NCBI GenBank assembly: GCA_026418995.1
Contig: JAOAAG010000237.1
Span: 1-39,824 of the forward strand
Length of the DNA stretch: 39,824 bases
Source of the DNA: Anaerolineae bacterium
Lineage (GTDB): Bacteria; Chloroflexota; Anaerolineae; B4-G1
Direction: 5' to 3'
How positions within the stretch are numbered: position 1 is the stretch's first letter; every line of letters begins with the position of its first letter. Both the position numbers and the translations under genes were made by a program. Below are positions 37,327-39,824 of the stretch, in pieces. The notes below the pieces were generated by a model that was given only the letters and a program-made list of their open reading frames with translations, made no database searches and had not been told where the DNA came from.

Positions 37327-37995
37327 ATGGAGAGTAAAAAAGTACTGATGCTCCTTGGCGGTACCTGGCACGACTTCGATGGCTTTGCTGCCACCATACG
37401 ACCTGTCTTAGAGCAGGCCGGGTATGCCGTCGAGGCCACTTATGACCTGGACACATTGACGCGGCTGGGAGAGCTCGGCTGCGACGTAGTACTGCTCTAC
37501 ACCTGCCTGACCGAGCAACTGGAGGATGGCCGACCGGCGACCCTGAAGCACAGCGCAGCGCAGATCGCGGCACTGGCCGAGTGGGTAAAGGCCGGCGGGG
37601 GGCTGCTTGCTGTCCATGCCGCCACCGTTGCCGGTCAATCCAGCCCGACGCTCCGTGCTCTGATGGGCGGTGTCTTTGTTACTCACCCCCCTGCTTTCGC
37701 CTTTACCGTCTATCCGCTCCACCGTGAGCATCCTATCACCGCTGGTGTCCCGGCCTTCACTGTCTACGATGAACTCTATGTGCAGGACTACGACGCGGAC
37801 GTCGCGATCCATGCCGTCACGATAGACCGTGGCGTAGCGTATCCAATGGTGTGGACGCGCACCGAGGGACGCGGACGTGTGGCACACATCGCTATGGGAC
37901 ATGGCGAGGAGGTATGGATTCTTAAACCATATCAACAGCTACTGCAACAAGCCGTGAAGTGGCTGACTACTCACTTTGAGCCTCTCAAAGGGTAA
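37327..37995 (+). CDS. ThuA-like (class I glutamine amidotransferase fold) protein
   Basis: GGTWHD, GGGLLAVH, HPIT, DELY, GRGRV...MGH. Confidence 0.85.
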   Translation: MESKKVLMLLGGTWHDFDGFAATIRPVLEQAGYAVEATYDLDTLTRLGELGCDVVLLYTCLTEQLEDGRPATLKHSAAQIAALAEWVKAGGGLLAVHAATVAGQSSPTLRALMGGVFVTHPPAFAFTVYPLHREHPITAGVPAFTVYDELYVQDYDADVAIHAVTIDRGVAYPMVWTRTEGRGRVAHIAMGHGEEVWILKPYQQLLQQAVKWLTTHFEPLKG

Positions 37996-38185
37996 GGATG
38001 GTGTCAGGCCACCTTCTGTGATAGACCCAGGCAATACCCCCCCACAGAACGGGGGGGGTATATTCATCGCTGAACCACTACAAACCCTTTTGCGCTGCCC
38101 CTGGATAAGCTACTTTTCGTGCCCTGCAACGTAATACTCTATTGAACAGAGCCCGCAGGACCGTACCAGCTCAAGGAGTGCTTTT

Positions 38186-39811
38186 ATGGAAGGCCTAGAG
38201 AGGACCCGGCTCATATTTCTCGTGATCGTCGGCCTGGCACTGCTGATCGCCTGCATCGCAGTGGGGTACAACGTCATCAGCAGGTTGAGTGCTGGCCGCG
38301 CCTTTCCACCTCCTGTACAGGGGACGCCATCCCAGAGCCAGCCTGTGCCCACGACGCACCTGGAGTCGCCGCCGCCTATCTTCGCCCCCGACTACAAGCC
38401 CGACGACGGCCTGCCCGTCTACATCTGCGGCGCCGATTCATTCGGGAGCTACTTCGTCCTCCAGCACATGCAGATGGCGGGTAAGGACGTTGCCCACGGG
38501 TTCCACCTGGGCATTATTCCCTTCTCCCTGAACGAACAATACGAGATTTCTGAAGAACAGCGAGGAGCCCTCCTGCGGAGCGGTCAGTGGGACTGTATGC
38601 TCGCCACGCTGGAATCCATCGCACTGAGCAGCCCCGGCGTAGTCACCGCCATCGTGGACGAAAGCGCCGGCGCCGACCAGTTGTGGGTGCGCGGTATCTC
38701 CACCATCAACGACCTGAAGGGCAAGCGCATCACCTTCTCGCGGGGCAGTGTGGGCGAATACTTCGTGTACTACACGCTCTCGATCGCCCGTCTTAATCCG
38801 CGCTTCGACGTAACGCTGCTGCCTCAGGACAGCGTCGCCGAGGCGGTGGCCTTCTTCAACAGCGGCCAGGCCGATGCCGTCTCGGGGTGGGAGCCAGACA
38901 TCTATGAAGCTAAAAAGAGCGGCGGTGTGCCTCTGCTCAGCTCGAACCAACTGCGCATCATCATAGATGTGATTGTCACCTCCCGGCACTCTATCGCCAA
39001 CAAAGCCGACCTGGTCCAGGCCTTCCACGATGCCTGGTTCGACACGCTCAAAGCCCAGCTCGAGGACTTCGACGGCGCGGCCCGTCAGATCGCCGCATGG
39101 GGCCACAACGATTGGACCTACGTCTATCCCGAGAGCGCCTCCGACGACCTGCGGGCCTGGCTCAAGAGCGTGGCCCAGGCTGACCTGGGAGACAATGCCT
39201 TTGTGATGCGCGATCCCCGTCCACTCATCAATCGGCTGGAGATCGCGCGGCGCGTCTGGGCAGCCGCTGGCTTCACGGTGGAAGACGTTGATGTGACCAG
39301 TCTGGTCAATCCTGGTTTTGTCTCCCGCTCCGCCGCCCAGGCCTCGCTCCAGGCGAACGCCAACCCCGTAAACGACACCTTTTCCCTTTCCGCTTCAGCT
39401 CAGCTCGACGTGGCCAGTATCAACCCTGACGAGGCGGCGACGCTGGCCGTGTTGCCTTGCCGTCGCTTCACCTTTTTGCCCGAATCCACCGAGCTAACGC
39501 TGGAATCGCGCCGTATCCTGGACGACTGTGTGTTGCCCACACTGTCGCAGAGCGTCGGGCTGTTCCTGCGGGTCAAGGGATGCGCTGCCTGGCCTGGACC
39601 GCCTGGCACCTACACGAAGGAAGAGATCCTGGAATTCGCCAGGGCGCGTGCCCAATCGGTGGTGGACTACCTGGTCTCTCAGGGCATTGACCCGGCCCGC
39701 TTTATCGTCGAGGCCACCCTTCCACCTGAAGAACACTGGGAAACGGAGGACCCGGCGATCCAGGCAGAGGATCGCTACGTAGAAATGACGCTGGTCACCG
39801 TGGGACGGTAA
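38186..39811 (+). CDS. Membrane-anchored NMT1/SsuA-like substrate-binding protein with C-terminal OmpA-like domain
   Basis: N-terminal TM helix; DESAGAD, INDLKGKRI, WEP; C-terminal F...STEL, RARAQSVVDYLVSQGIDPARF, DRYVE. Confidence 0.8.
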   Translation: MEGLERTRLIFLVIVGLALLIACIAVGYNVISRLSAGRAFPPPVQGTPSQSQPVPTTHLESPPPIFAPDYKPDDGLPVYICGADSFGSYFVLQHMQMAGKDVAHGFHLGIIPFSLNEQYEISEEQRGALLRSGQWDCMLATLESIALSSPGVVTAIVDESAGADQLWVRGISTINDLKGKRITFSRGSVGEYFVYYTLSIARLNPRFDVTLLPQDSVAEAVAFFNSGQADAVSGWEPDIYEAKKSGGVPLLSSNQLRIIIDVIVTSRHSIANKADLVQAFHDAWFDTLKAQLEDFDGAARQIAAWGHNDWTYVYPESASDDLRAWLKSVAQADLGDNAFVMRDPRPLINRLEIARRVWAAAGFTVEDVDVTSLVNPGFVSRSAAQASLQANANPVNDTFSLSASAQLDVASINPDEAATLAVLPCRRFTFLPESTELTLESRRILDDCVLPTLSQSVGLFLRVKGCAAWPGPPGTYTKEEILEFARARAQSVVDYLVSQGIDPARFIVEATLPPEEHWETEDPAIQAEDRYVEMTLVTVGR

Positions 39812-39824
39812 CGTCGCAGGAGAG

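Noticed and set aside
38033-38063. C7/G8 hairpin (ATACCCCCCC..GGGGGGGGTAT) as a phase-variable tract
   Set aside because: It is intergenic and self-complementary, more simply a terminator-like hairpin after the ThuA gene.

Overview
A GC-rich bacterial contig end, probably Chloroflexota (Anaerolineae-like). This is inferred from a C-terminal YLPLVLR-type tail on a giant secreted protein, the gene content and the repeat style. Bases 1-19 are a Nextera/Tn5 adapter left in the assembly. From left to right: (1) a 1634-aa beta-helix surface protein, a decayed gene and an ISAs1 remnant; (2) a + strand cluster of membrane protein, small selenoprotein, DUF59, MoeA, lipoate ligase-DUF116, LipT-like flavoprotein, LipS1 and LipS2 (the alternative lipoate assembly route); (3) rsmA; (4) an oxygen-defence operon headed by a PerR-like regulator, with rubredoxin, NROR, two rubrerythrins, selenocysteine peroxiredoxin PrxU and superoxide reductase; (5) MoaD/ThiS, a GH1, a MurF-Alr fusion, tRNA-Val and a GH/GT39 pair; (6) a tungsten AOR behind a Moco/Tuco-type riboswitch; (7) a K+-independent H+-PPase coupled to a GAF pseudo-kinase phosphorelay; (8) an SDR, a ThuA protein and an SBP-OmpA fusion. 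The strongest signal is missed by the ORF track: a 102-aa gene at 7221-7529 with two adjacent in-frame UGA codons (C-M-D-U-U), followed by a SECIS-like hairpin with the same GGUC loop as the prxU SECIS. It is a candidate tandem Sec-Sec protein at the head of a lipoate/Mo-W cofactor cluster. Also notable are perfect 15-bp inverted repeats bracketing prxU and two dispersed palindromic repeat families. All family assignments come from recognised motifs, not database searches.
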